A DNA stretch of 64,000 nucleotides from contig NC_015672.1 of the NCBI RefSeq assembly GCF_000218625.1, positions 1,647,451-1,711,450 on the forward strand, in the 5' to 3' direction. The first letter of the stretch is position 1. Each line of letters starts with the position of its first letter. This DNA comes from Flexistipes sinusarabici DSM 4947 (lineage in GTDB: Bacteria; Chrysiogenota; Deferribacteres; Deferribacterales; Flexistipitaceae). A model generated the notes under the pieces. The model saw only the letters and a list, made by a program, of their open reading frames with translations, was not told the DNA's origin and did no database searches. The position numbers and the translations under genes are program-made. Shown here one piece after another: positions 43,056 to 52,779 of the stretch.

Positions 43056-44684
43056 TTGTCAATACATCCTGTAATACATAAAATACTTACTGGCAGAGGA
43101 GTGTTGAATAAACAGAAATTTTTACAACCGAGTCTGAAAGATTTATCCGATCCTTTAAATATAGTCCCTCAAGGTGCCGGCGAATTGGTTGCAGACACTA
43201 TCAGGCAAAACAATAAGATTTATATTTACGGAGACTATGATGTAGACGGTGTTTGCTCCGCGGCACTCCTAGTTAATTTTTTTAAAGAATTAGGTTTTGA
43301 AAATTATCAAACACTTATACCCAGCAGATATGAAAACGGTTATGGATTAACACCTGATACAGCACGACAGATGGCTGAAGACGGGGCAGATATGGTTATT
43401 ACTGTTGACTGCGGTATAACCTCTGTTAAAGAAGTAGAATATTTAAAAAATCATAACCTAAAAGTAATTGTCACAGACCACCATCTGCCAAAGTATGGAC
43501 AGCCTGAAGCTGATTTTATTATAAACCCGAAAATAAACCCCAAAAAAAGGAATGAGCCGGATTACAGTTTATGCGGATGTGGAGTTGTCTTTAAACTGCT
43601 CCAGATAATCAGGCGAATTTTAAACAGAAAAGATATAAATTTAAAAAAATACCTGGATCTTGTAGGGATGGCCACCGTGGCGGATATTGTACCACTGACA
43701 GGAGACAACAGGATTCTTGTAAAATACGGCCTTGACGTAATAAACAGCACCCCCTCACCCGGTATAAAAGCATTGGTTGAAATAAGCAAATTAAAAGATA
43801 AAAAAATCAAATCTTATCACCACGGCTTTGTTCTGGGACCAAGAATTAATGCAAGCGGTCGTATGGACATTGCTGATACTGCATTGAAACTACTTACAGG
43901 TGATGATTATGCAAAAAATCTGAAGCTGGCTGAAGAACTTGATAATAAAAATAAGGACAGACAGGACTTATGCGAAATCACTTTTAACGAAGCTGTAAAT
44001 ATTACTGAAAGAGATAAATACGGAAAAAACAGGGTAATCGTTGTATATCAGCCGCACTGGGTAAAAGGGATAATCGGAATAGTAGCTTCCAGAATAATGG
44101 AGAAATACTATCGTCCCGTTATTATTTTTGGCGGCGAAGACAGGCTGCAAGAAGGAGTAACAGGTTCAGCACGCTCAATTGACGGAATTGATATGTTTGA
44201 AATACTTTCAAAAATTGATAGAGACAGCCCCGGCTTACTTAAAAAATTCGGCGGACACGCTAAAGCTGCCGGTTTGTCTGTAACAAGGGAAAATATAGAT
44301 AAATTCAGAAATAAAATTAATGAAATTGTATGCTCAGAATGCAAAGAAGAAGTTTTTATAAAAAAGAACGACTACGATTTAGACATCACTGTTGATGATA
44401 TCGATGTTAATTTAGCAAAAGCTCTGGAATTGCTCGAACCATTCGGCGAAGGCAACAGAAAGCCGTTATTTCGTATAAAAAACCCCGTAATCGAAAATCA
44501 GCGCATAATTGGCAAAAACGGTGAGCATCTGATGTTTGAGCTCGGTAATGTTAATGGTAAAAAAGTGCGGGGTATACAGTTTAATACAGCAAAATCTGAA
44601 ATTAATCCGGAGCAGTTATTTGGATATGTTGAATGTAACAGATACAATGGTGGTGAATACTGTCAGGTGAAAATAATATCATAA
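43056..44684 (+). CDS. recJ: Single-stranded-DNA-specific exonuclease RecJ
   Basis: DHH motifs (YGDYDVDGV, DHH). DHHA1 domain. Confidence 0.9.
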   Translation: MSIHPVIHKILTGRGVLNKQKFLQPSLKDLSDPLNIVPQGAGELVADTIRQNNKIYIYGDYDVDGVCSAALLVNFFKELGFENYQTLIPSRYENGYGLTPDTARQMAEDGADMVITVDCGITSVKEVEYLKNHNLKVIVTDHHLPKYGQPEADFIINPKINPKKRNEPDYSLCGCGVVFKLLQIIRRILNRKDINLKKYLDLVGMATVADIVPLTGDNRILVKYGLDVINSTPSPGIKALVEISKLKDKKIKSYHHGFVLGPRINASGRMDIADTALKLLTGDDYAKNLKLAEELDNKNKDRQDLCEITFNEAVNITERDKYGKNRVIVVYQPHWVKGIIGIVASRIMEKYYRPVIIFGGEDRLQEGVTGSARSIDGIDMFEILSKIDRDSPGLLKKFGGHAKAAGLSVTRENIDKFRNKINEIVCSECKEEVFIKKNDYDLDITVDDIDVNLAKALELLEPFGEGNRKPLFRIKNPVIENQRIIGKNGEHLMFELGNVNGKKVRGIQFNTAKSEINPEQLFGYVECNRYNGGEYCQVKIIS

Positions 44685-44726
44685 AATAGTACAAAAATTA
44701 AATAATTGATCATAAAAAATAATGGT

Positions 44727-44750
44727 GCCTGAGGGGGGACTCGAAGGCTA
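44727..44750 (-). other. tRNA 3'-end fragment (T-loop to CCA) with no 5' half. Putative attachment-site remnant marking the island boundary
   Basis: Minus strand reads TTCGAGTCCCCCCTCAGGCACCA: T-loop TTCGAGT, T-stem 3' strand, acceptor 3' strand, discriminator, CCA. No complementary 5' partners upstream. Confidence 0.4.
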
Positions 44751-44911
44751 AATTGCATATTTTATTAAGTTACAGAAAATGATACAAAGTGAAGTAAAAT
44801 GTTTATATAACAATAAGTTACAAAGTATTGCTGTTTCATTCTATATAATTCCTGATAACGTTTTTTAACAATTTTTGTCAACTTATTGTCCACCTTTTTT
44901 GGCATATATAT

Positions 44912-45460
44912 TTAATCTTTTCCCCCCTTTTTCTCTTTAATTATTCCGCGCGTTTTCATGTAATTATACAAAATCGGATATTTAATATTTAATTCTTTTG
45001 CAATATCAGCCACCCTTTTATCATCTTCCAGATACTTTTTTCTTATATACTCAATTTGTTTATCTAACGGGGATCTTTTAGTGCCAAAAGGTCTTCCTTT
45101 TTTTTCCGCTTGTTTTGAACGTATTTTTAATAACTCATTATTTAGAGTTTTGACTAAATCAAAGTATTTTGCAATTTCTGGAAAATTAATATGATCAATT
45201 TGAATGCCTTCTTCACAAAAATATATATCTGTGTCTTGCGATACAATGTCAGAGATTTCAGTCAAAATGTCTCTTAAACTCGTATTCCCGACTAAATATT
45301 GAACATTTTTCGAAAAAAGCCTCGAATTATTATCGAGAAACGGTTTGATAATTTTTACATTATCGCACGGTACAGTAGTACCCTTAATTTTATGCTTTTT
45401 AAAATAGCTATCATAAAAATTCTTCTCTTCAGGGTCTTTAAGAATTATATAATTTAACAT
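44912..45460 (-). CDS. Small DNA-binding protein with C-terminal resolvase/Hin-type HTH; no recombinase catalytic domain recognised
   Basis: C-terminal KKGRPFGTKRSPLDKQIEYIRKKYLEDDKRVADIAKELNIKYPILYNYMK. First gene inside the AT-rich island. Confidence 0.45.
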   Translation of the reverse strand: MLNYIILKDPEEKNFYDSYFKKHKIKGTTVPCDNVKIIKPFLDNNSRLFSKNVQYLVGNTSLRDILTEISDIVSQDTDIYFCEEGIQIDHINFPEIAKYFDLVKTLNNELLKIRSKQAEKKGRPFGTKRSPLDKQIEYIRKKYLEDDKRVADIAKELNIKYPILYNYMKTRGIIKEKKGGKD

Positions 45461-45617
45461 TTTACCCTCTTTTTACGTCTATTAAAATTTAGTAATTTTC
45501 TTAATAAAAAGTCAAGATTAAAAATAACAAAATATGGTAAAAATAATATTTTATTAATCAACAATAAGTCGAGCAATTATTCTTAGATTTATAAGCTTTT
45601 TTATAAATTTAAAAATT

Positions 45618-45965
45618 GGCTGCCACATTACCATTTAGCAATTTAGTGGAGCTAAGCGTTTACCTGGACGCTACGGAACTGGTTTTTACGGTAAGCGTTC
45701 ACATAATTCTAAGCGGAACTATTACATGATTCATGCATAGCAGCCAAAGGGCGGAAAACTGCGGGAAAATCCAAGAGGACTTATACTAAGGCAAGACAGA
45801 GTGTTAAGTGACAAGGGAACACTTAGAATAAAGATTTACGTGGGCTGGTTATATTAAGTGAAGTCGGTGTATTAAGGGAGAATAATGTGGCACGGCGGGT
45901 TTAACTCTATGTGCGGAACTGATATTACGCATAGTATCGCCCGCCCTGATGGGGATTAGTTTTTT
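45618..45965 (+). ncRNA. Candidate structured ncRNA (GC-rich block in an AT-rich intergenic region)
   Basis: Long-range helix tgccacatt (45621-45629) with aatgtggca (45877-45885). 3' hairpin ggcggg...ctatgtgcg...cgcatag...cccgcc (about 45892-45945) followed by a T run. Internal repeat gcggaact (twice). No ORF. Confidence 0.25.
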
Positions 45966-46369
45966 CCTGTTTGTTTTCAATCTTGCTGATGAATTTTATC
46001 CTATCCATGCCTGCGAGAAGTGACAATATCACGGAATGTCCAAACTTGCTGTTTGCTGCCTTTTAATATCGATTTATATAGAAATAATAAACTTACTCTT
46101 ATTGCTAAATCAATTATTAAAAAGTATTTTCCAGAGTAAAATAGGCAATAAATTAAGGTTTATTGCTTTGGCTTTTTCGGCTTTCTTTATTATCAGATAT
46201 TTACAAAAAGCCAAATAAGCAATAAAATGCAATAAACATACGATAAACTAAAGAATACTTTCATGTTATCAATAGTTTACTAAAGCAATAAAATTAGATT
46301 TCATATAATTTGATATTATCTGCCGCGGGGAACGAATAAGTCTGATAAAGAATTTATCAAACTATTTTA

Positions 46370-47050
46370 TTAATTTGTTTTTTTATTTTCGATTTTTGAT
46401 GCAATTTTCAGTCTTTCCAGTGATCCTAAAATCGGCAAAACCACATAATGTCCGAACTTACTGTCTACTACTTTCGTTAGGTGGTGCATTCTTCTGAGAA
46501 AGGCTATGAGCTGTATGCCCTCATAAGCACGTAAACCAGCCTGCTTAATTGCCTCTCTGATTTCTTGCTCTTTCCCGCTGGTCAAATATCCCACAAGACG
46601 CAAGTAATAAACGATAGTGTCAATTTGTTTGTTTGTTATTTCCCGAGAAGCATCTGGCGACTCAAAAAACATCTCTTTATAAACTTGGCCTGTATATATA
46701 TTCAGACTGGTTCTGGATAAATATTTTGAATATTTAATGCGAATATTCTTATACTCTGAGCTATCTGTAAACTTTTCCCACGTTAATTCATCTTTCGACC
46801 TCTTATACAAATAACTGTAAGTGTCAGCAATTTCTTTACGGAAGGGTTCCCCCATACCGTTAAGTTTTACAGTTCTTTTTTTCCCGCTCTTTTCCGCCTC
46901 TTGCTCCCGAAATACTTTACGCACATACTTATCGCTTGCACCGACCTGAGACTGGATGTTAAGCACATCCTCACGAGTAAGTATATTCTTATTCTTAATC
47001 AGACTGAGGATGTGTTCCTTTTTGGACACATATTGTTTCTGGTCTGACAC
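46370..47050 (-). CDS. Hypothetical protein, 226 aa (island)
   Basis: ORF with basic N-terminal region. Lies downstream of the 20-bp iterons. Confidence 0.4.
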   Translation of the reverse strand: MSDQKQYVSKKEHILSLIKNKNILTREDVLNIQSQVGASDKYVRKVFREQEAEKSGKKRTVKLNGMGEPFRKEIADTYSYLYKRSKDELTWEKFTDSSEYKNIRIKYSKYLSRTSLNIYTGQVYKEMFFESPDASREITNKQIDTIVYYLRLVGYLTSGKEQEIREAIKQAGLRAYEGIQLIAFLRRMHHLTKVVDSKFGHYVVLPILGSLERLKIASKIENKKTN

Positions 47051-47337
47051 ATGACACCCCTCTAAGCGGTTCTGGTAATTTACTTCGCACTATTTTTTTT
47101 ATTGGTTACTTATATGTTCAATGAGCGTAACTTTTCACGAAAGTATAAATAAATTATTTATAAAAAACTTATTAAGTTTTTATTTAAAACTGTTTCTTTT
47201 GTTTCCCCCTGGAAACAACTTTATTTTAAACTTGTTTCCAATGCTGTTTAATTTACGTTTTAAATATAAAAAAACAAGAAAAAATATCTGGAATATTTTG
47301 ATGCTGTAAAAACCATTTAGAGTATATGTAAAATTGC

Positions 47338-47427
47338 GTCAAAATAAGTTACAGTTGTCCAAATTGTGTCAAATTGCGTAACATAGTGTCAAATTGAGTT
47401 ACAAAGAGTCAAATTAAGTAACAGGTA
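47338..47427. repeat. Four to five tandem 20-bp iterons GTCAAATTnnGTTACAnnnn
   Basis: Units start at 47338, 47368, 47388 and 47408, plus a partial unit at 47357. Confidence 0.6.
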
Positions 47428-47510
47428 TACTTATTTCTGATCCGTTAACATCAATACGTCGGATTTTAGGATAAATATTTATAATATCTTTTGCAGAGTT
47501 CCTTATGATC

Positions 47511-48425
47511 TCATCTTTCTTCCATTTTTTCCAGACTGTCCTGAAGATATTTTTTTAGTGTTTGCTTATAATAATCGGGATTTTTTATTTTAATAAACGG
47601 CGCCCAACGCAGTATTTGCAACAGAAAATCCATTTCGTTATAAACTTCAAAAGTTACTTCGATACTGCTTTCGCCTTCACCTGTTATTTTTTGGTTCGTC
47701 AAACAGGATTTCCTTTTAAAATAATCAGCTACTGAATTATCAATTTCCATAGTAATTTTATCTTTGTCATGCTCATTAAACCAAATATTATTAGCATCTT
47801 TTATTATTTCGTCTATATCATCCCTATGACTAAACACATTACCTGTGGTTTTTATTTCTGAGATTTGATCCACAACAAATTTCTTCAGGCAATCTTCATG
47901 ATCACCCAGTAAGTACCAAAAGCCGTCAGATAAGATTATTCTATATGGTTTTACCGTATAATTACGGCTATATCTTTCATAAAAGAAAGTGATTTCGTTT
48001 TGTTCCTTTATTGCAATTTCTAAATCATTTAATACTGAGGATATGTTTTCAAAACCAATCATATTTTCTTTAACAAAATCGTATGAGAAAGTGATACCGT
48101 TTAGGTGAAATATTTTACTTTTTAATTTATCCAGGTATTTCGCGGAATCATTGTTAACATCCCTTTTCAAAAAATCAAACAAAGCACCTACGTAAGACAA
48201 CTCAGTTTGTGATAAAAAAGTTCCTTCAAAAGAATAACTATCTATCAAAGAATAGCTGTTGTCTTTTTCATTATGTACTACTCCAGGAATAATGGACAAT
48301 TCGAGTAAATATCTTTGAGCCGTTCTGATGCTTACTCCAAGTTCTTCAGAAACTTTTTTTGAATCAATCTTCTTGTTTTCATTTAAAAGTTTTATCAAAC
48401 CCAGTGCTGTATATAGTTTATTCAT
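47511..48425 (-). CDS. wHTH-WYL domain transcriptional regulator (BrxR/CapW-like)
   Basis: N-terminal HTH_11 (VSIRTAQRYLLEL). Central WYL motif (FWYLLGDHED). Length 304 aa. Confidence 0.7.
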   Translation of the reverse strand: MNKLYTALGLIKLLNENKKIDSKKVSEELGVSIRTAQRYLLELSIIPGVVHNEKDNSYSLIDSYSFEGTFLSQTELSYVGALFDFLKRDVNNDSAKYLDKLKSKIFHLNGITFSYDFVKENMIGFENISSVLNDLEIAIKEQNEITFFYERYSRNYTVKPYRIILSDGFWYLLGDHEDCLKKFVVDQISEIKTTGNVFSHRDDIDEIIKDANNIWFNEHDKDKITMEIDNSVADYFKRKSCLTNQKITGEGESSIEVTFEVYNEMDFLLQILRWAPFIKIKNPDYYKQTLKKYLQDSLEKMEER

Positions 48426-48442
48426 AAAACTCCTTTAGCAAA

Positions 48443-48790
48443 TTATTCACTCAGCCCTACAATAACAGTAATTTCACTTTCATTGCCTATTTTAACTGCT
48501 TTAAGATATTTGTTAAAGGAAATCTCATTATCTTCCAAAAAATCGACAAACTCATTAATTTTGTTGAACCCATCATTTGATAGAATTGAATAAAGAATTA
48601 TTGCATTACCATTTTTTCTTTTTCTTAAATTTGTTATTTGATTAAACTTTGAGATATCATTGAAAAAAAAGAAACTAAATTTCCTAAAACCCGAAAGATG
48701 TTTTTCAATATCTTCCGGGCTTATAGAAACGTAACAATCACAAAAACCATTATTACATACATAATCTTTAATACGCTCAACCATGCACAC
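48443..48790 (-). CDS. Hypothetical protein, 115 aa; 17 bp upstream of the WYL regulator
   Basis: ORF apparently co-transcribed with the regulator. Confidence 0.4.
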   Translation of the reverse strand: MCMVERIKDYVCNNGFCDCYVSISPEDIEKHLSGFRKFSFFFFNDISKFNQITNLRKRKNGNAIILYSILSNDGFNKINEFVDFLEDNEISFNKYLKAVKIGNESEITVIVGLSE

Positions 48791-48819
48791 CTCCTTTTTA
48801 ATATACTCACACGGCTGAG

Positions 48820-48834
48820 CGTCGAAATCTGACG
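48820..48834. promoter_or_regulatory. CGTC-N7-GACG palindrome (cgtcgaaatctgacg) in the divergent promoter region
   Basis: Seen in sequence. Lies between the 48443(-) and 48878(+) genes. Confidence 0.45.
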
Positions 48835-48877
48835 TATATTTCTTTTAAATTAAAGATGATTTATTTAGGAGGTTTTT

Positions 48878-49510
48878 ATGAAATCAGTATCTTATGCTAT
48901 CAACAACATTCTGGACGCTTGTAATAAAGAAGACGGTCTATGGATTGGAAATACCCGAAAAGGCATCGAAGTAAGCGAAAAGAAAGAAATCGAAAATTTG
49001 TTTGACCTTATAATTTCAGGTAACACAATACTGGACAACATTTTAATTCTCGAAATCGAGGAGCCTTGCTTTTCAAGAAAATTCATAGCTAACTATTGGT
49101 CTGACCTTAATTTGAAAAAATTTTTCCAAAAGAGAAACTCTCAAAAGACTTTACTTTTGTGCAATGGACAGAGCTTGCAGGATATTTATATCGGGTTAAA
49201 GGGAAGCTATGACAAGCAAGAATTGTATTTCAACGTGATAAGCAGCAGTAGCCAAAATTCAAAAACCACGAATAAATTTAAGTTCTTACCCTACCCTTAT
49301 ATTGAAAAGACCGGAGTCTGGATTAAAGCAAAAGACCTGATTAATTCAGAAGTAAATCCTGACAAAATAATCAAAAAAATTGGAAACAAAATACCTGAAA
49401 ATGTTATAAGCAAAAAATATGATTTGATAAAAGCAAATATTCAAAGTTTTATCAATGAGTTTTCAATCAAAAAGAATGCTCATATAAAAATCATTAACGT
49501 TAACAATTAA
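48878..49510 (+). CDS. Hypothetical protein, 210 aa (island)
   Basis: RBS aggagg upstream. Divergent from the 48443 gene. Confidence 0.45.
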   Translation: MKSVSYAINNILDACNKEDGLWIGNTRKGIEVSEKKEIENLFDLIISGNTILDNILILEIEEPCFSRKFIANYWSDLNLKKFFQKRNSQKTLLLCNGQSLQDIYIGLKGSYDKQELYFNVISSSSQNSKTTNKFKFLPYPYIEKTGVWIKAKDLINSEVNPDKIIKKIGNKIPENVISKKYDLIKANIQSFINEFSIKKNAHIKIINVNN

Positions 49511-49570
49511 ACACTGCAATTCCATTTTCTATTGAGCTTCTTGAAATCCATATAAAATTATTTCACAAAA

Positions 49571-50068
49571 CTATTCCACTTCAATAACATTTGTTTTCTC
49601 AATACTAAATACTTCTTTTAATTCAGCTAATGTGCGTAATTTCACATCATTAACTTTTAAATATTTCATATAATTCTTGAATCCAGAGTCAGTTTTAAAT
49701 TCTTTCAAAATTTCCAGGTAGAATTCAGGAAAATATTCTGATTCATAGAAAAATTCACACTCTTTCAAGTGCCCTTTATTATCCGTATGAAAAATGAATA
49801 TCCCGATATTTGAGAAAAACAAGAAATAATCATCTGCTGAAAAAATACCTTCCTTTTCTGACATTGTATTGAGGTAAAAAGTGCCGCAACATTTTCCATA
49901 AAATTCATCATTTTTATCAGATATGCATTCACATATTCCGGTAATAAAAGAATTTCTAAGTTCGTTATTTAATTTTTCCTGAGAAATTTCATTGCAGGTT
50001 TTGGATAACAAGAAAATTATAAAATCATACATCTGCTTAAATTTAACTATTTCTACAGACTTCTTCAC
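49571..50068 (-). CDS. Hypothetical protein, 165 aa, Cys-rich (CECISDKNDEFYGKCCG)
   Basis: ORF with RBS. Confidence 0.45.
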   Translation of the reverse strand: MKKSVEIVKFKQMYDFIIFLLSKTCNEISQEKLNNELRNSFITGICECISDKNDEFYGKCCGTFYLNTMSEKEGIFSADDYFLFFSNIGIFIFHTDNKGHLKECEFFYESEYFPEFYLEILKEFKTDSGFKNYMKYLKVNDVKLRTLAELKEVFSIEKTNVIEVE

Positions 50069-50105
50069 AAAAACCTCCTAATAAATGATTAAGCTTGAAT
50101 TTAAA

Positions 50106-50603
50106 TTAGTCATCATCCCACTCACTTACCCCAGCTTTCTTGCCGGTTTCTCCAGTATCCCATAGCAAAACCATGTTTTCTACTCCGCCTTTCTTCACAT
50201 CTGTCCCTATTTGAATATTACCCAGTTTCTTTGATTTGATATAAAGAGTAATTCCAAGCATACTATCATAATCCAGTATACCATCGTATTCCTCAACTTT
50301 GACAGCTTCATTTGTCTCCACATTTTCATAGACAAACCTACTGCCGCTGATAAGATTTACCTGCTCTTCGTCGTCAATAGACTGAAATCCGGTGTTCCCC
50401 GCAGCTACCATATCCAGTACTTCTCCAGTAAGATTTACTAAAAACACATCATCTACCATATTTTTTTCACTATTAGTCCTTACAAGCCAAAGCAAAGGTT
50501 TTCTTTCCTCTACCTTATCAGACAACGGAAAAACAAATCTACCCTTTTGTTCGTGTGGCGGAGTCCAGTTAAACTGGTCTTTTACTCGTTTTTGTTTACT
50601 CAT
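50106..50603 (-). CDS. Hypothetical protein, 165 aa, acidic C-terminus (WDDD)
   Basis: ORF with RBS ggagga. CGTC-N7-GACG palindrome in its upstream region. Confidence 0.45.
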   Translation of the reverse strand: MSKQKRVKDQFNWTPPHEQKGRFVFPLSDKVEERKPLLWLVRTNSEKNMVDDVFLVNLTGEVLDMVAAGNTGFQSIDDEEQVNLISGSRFVYENVETNEAVKVEEYDGILDYDSMLGITLYIKSKKLGNIQIGTDVKKGGVENMVLLWDTGETGKKAGVSEWDDD

Positions 50604-50702
50604 ACTTCCTCCTTTTAAGTTTTTTGGGTTTATTGATAAATAATGAAATCGTTAGGATTTTGAAAAAGAATTATCTTTTCAAATGTAAAATAGTTCTTTA
50701 AT

Positions 50703-50719
50703 ACGTCAGAATCCGACGT
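50703..50719. promoter_or_regulatory. ACGTC-N7-GACGT palindrome (acgtcagaatccgacgt) upstream of the 50106..50603 gene
   Basis: Seen in sequence. Confidence 0.45.
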
Positions 50720-50972
50720 TAGAAATTAAAATTACAGAAAAAAACAAGGTGTCTTTATGCAGATTCATGCAAAAATCGTCAAGCTCTTCTTCTGTCATAT
50801 CAAGGATTTCTCTCTTTTTAGCTATATCTTGGGCATAAGAATAAAAAAATTCTCTGTATTTTTTATCTTTTGTAATATCAGAAATGAGACTCAGTTTTTG
50901 TTCCAGATCAAGCTGTGAAACAAGCTCTTTTATCTGGTCATACTTAATTTCAATTTCTTTTAGTTTGGGCAT
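50706..50972 (-). CDS. Hypothetical small protein, 88 aa
   Basis: ORF, probably a helical protein. Confidence 0.35.
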   Translation of the reverse strand: MPKLKEIEIKYDQIKELVSQLDLEQKLSLISDITKDKKYREFFYSYAQDIAKKREILDMTEEELDDFCMNLHKDTLFFSVILISNVGF

Positions 50973-51174
50973 AATTTACTCTCGAATAACAACATGTATT
51001 TATTATAATAAATTTAAATTTACAAAACCATTATTTCAATATTAATAATACACTCACACTTTATTTACTACATTACAAAAAAAACAAATTATTTATTTTT
51101 TCGTATTTGGATAATTATTATTGAAATACGAAAAATAGTTGCATTGTTCATTCTTATGAATTAAAATAAGTATT

Positions 51175-52578
51175 ATGAATACACCAGACTTTCTGAACAG
51201 AGAAAAAGAGCTGAATTTTCTACATTCACAATTTGCAAGAAAAGAAGCATCGTTTATCGTTATTTACGGAAGAAGAAGGGTTGGCAAAACATCCCTTATC
51301 AAGGAGTTTATAAAGGATAAGTCTTCACTGTTTTTTATGGCGGACAAACAGTCAGAAAAAGGCATTCTTGACAGATTTGCAAAAACAGCATCAACCTTTT
51401 TAGAAGATGAGTTTTTAGAAAAATTGACATTTAATTCCTGGGAAGATTTTTTTGGTTATATAACTCAGAAACTCGATGAATCAAAAAAATATGTTCTTGT
51501 AATAGATGAGTTTCAATACCTGCCGGATATAAACCATGCTTTTCCTTCTATATTACAAAGGATATGGGATGAAAAGCTAAAAGACAAAAATATAATGCTG
51601 ATATTGTGCGGATCTTTGATAAACATGATGTATTCTACTACATTAAGCTACCAGAGTCCGCTTTATGGCAGAAGGACCGGGCAGATAAAGTTAGATCCAA
51701 TCTCATTTGATTATTGTCATAATTTTTTCCCCAACATTGATGAGCGAAAACTTATTGAATATTATTCAGTAACAGGAGGAATTCCGAAATACATGGAGAT
51801 GTTTGATGCAACCAATGATATTCTTTATGATATAAAAACAAATGTTCTCTCAAAAAACAGTTATCTTTACAACGAACCACGGTTTATCTTAAACGAAGAG
51901 GTTACTGAAACAGCAACATATTTTTCTATACTTAAAGCGATAGCAGCAGGGGAACATAAAATTGGAAAAATTGCATCCATAGTGGGCGTTAAAACGAATG
52001 TGCTGGCAAAATATTTTAATGTACTGGCAGATTTGCAGATAATAGAAAGACAGGTGCCTGTAACAGAAGAAAATCCTGAAAAAAGCAAAAAGGGCTTATA
52101 TTTTATCAAAGATAATTTTTTCAGATTCTGGTTCCGCTACATATTCCCCTACCAAAGTTTTTTAGAAATTGAAAGAGATGACGTAGTGTTAAAAGAGATA
52201 CAAAAAAGTTTCAATATTTTTGTTAGTTTTGTTTATGAAAACTTGTGTCTGCAAAAGATTCCCGATCTTACCCAGAATGGTGTTATTAATTTCAAAATTG
52301 AAAAATGGGGTAGATGGTGGAGCAAGGATGAGGAAATTGATATAGTAGCTACAAGCAAAAAAGATAAAAATATCTTGTTTGGTGAATGCAAATGGAGCGA
52401 CACACCCATAGGAGTGAGCGTTTATGCTGATTTAAAGGCTAAAGCAAAAAATGTAAAATGGCACACAGATGAAAGGAACGAGTATTATATTCTTTTTTCA
52501 AAGTCAGGCTTTACAGAAGATTTAATGGATATAAATGAAAAAACAAGCAGTCTCATCTTAATCGACAGCATCGTATAA
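51175..52578 (+). CDS. AAA+ ATPase (archaeal-ATPase/DUF234 family) with C-terminal PD-(D/E)XK-like region
   Basis: Walker A GRRRVGKTS. Walker B VLVIDEFQYL. C-terminal EEIDIVA...GECKW. Confidence 0.7.
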   Translation: MNTPDFLNREKELNFLHSQFARKEASFIVIYGRRRVGKTSLIKEFIKDKSSLFFMADKQSEKGILDRFAKTASTFLEDEFLEKLTFNSWEDFFGYITQKLDESKKYVLVIDEFQYLPDINHAFPSILQRIWDEKLKDKNIMLILCGSLINMMYSTTLSYQSPLYGRRTGQIKLDPISFDYCHNFFPNIDERKLIEYYSVTGGIPKYMEMFDATNDILYDIKTNVLSKNSYLYNEPRFILNEEVTETATYFSILKAIAAGEHKIGKIASIVGVKTNVLAKYFNVLADLQIIERQVPVTEENPEKSKKGLYFIKDNFFRFWFRYIFPYQSFLEIERDDVVLKEIQKSFNIFVSFVYENLCLQKIPDLTQNGVINFKIEKWGRWWSKDEEIDIVATSKKDKNILFGECKWSDTPIGVSVYADLKAKAKNVKWHTDERNEYYILFSKSGFTEDLMDINEKTSSLILIDSIV

Positions 52579-52677
52579 AAATATTTAAGGCTTAAAAATT
52601 AACGGGTTCTCAAGCTCAGCATTTTGGTCTGTAATTACAAAAATTCAAAGATAAGATAATTATATCTTAAACTGCAA

Positions 52678-52692
52678 CGTCAGGTATTGACG
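52678..52692. promoter_or_regulatory. CGTC-N7-GACG palindrome (cgtcaggtattgacg) upstream of the AddB-like gene
   Basis: Exact reverse complement of 59053-59067. Same motif class as 48820 and 50703. Confidence 0.5.
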
Positions 52693-52779
52693 CATCTTTG
52701 TGCCAATAAAAAACCAAGAAAGATTTTCGTTTAGATGTAATAAATGCTATAATTTGCAATTATTTATTGTGGGTGAATC

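Noticed and set aside
44724-44800. A complete tRNA gene at the recJ-island junction
   Set aside because: Only the T-loop/3' acceptor half is present. No D-arm, anticodon arm or 5' acceptor strand can be paired. Interpreted as an att remnant instead.
44912-45460. The island HTH protein as a functional serine recombinase
   Set aside because: Only the C-terminal Hin/resolvase-type HTH is recognisable. No catalytic Ser/Arg N-terminal motifs are visible, so it is annotated as a DNA-binding protein of unknown role, possibly a decayed recombinase.
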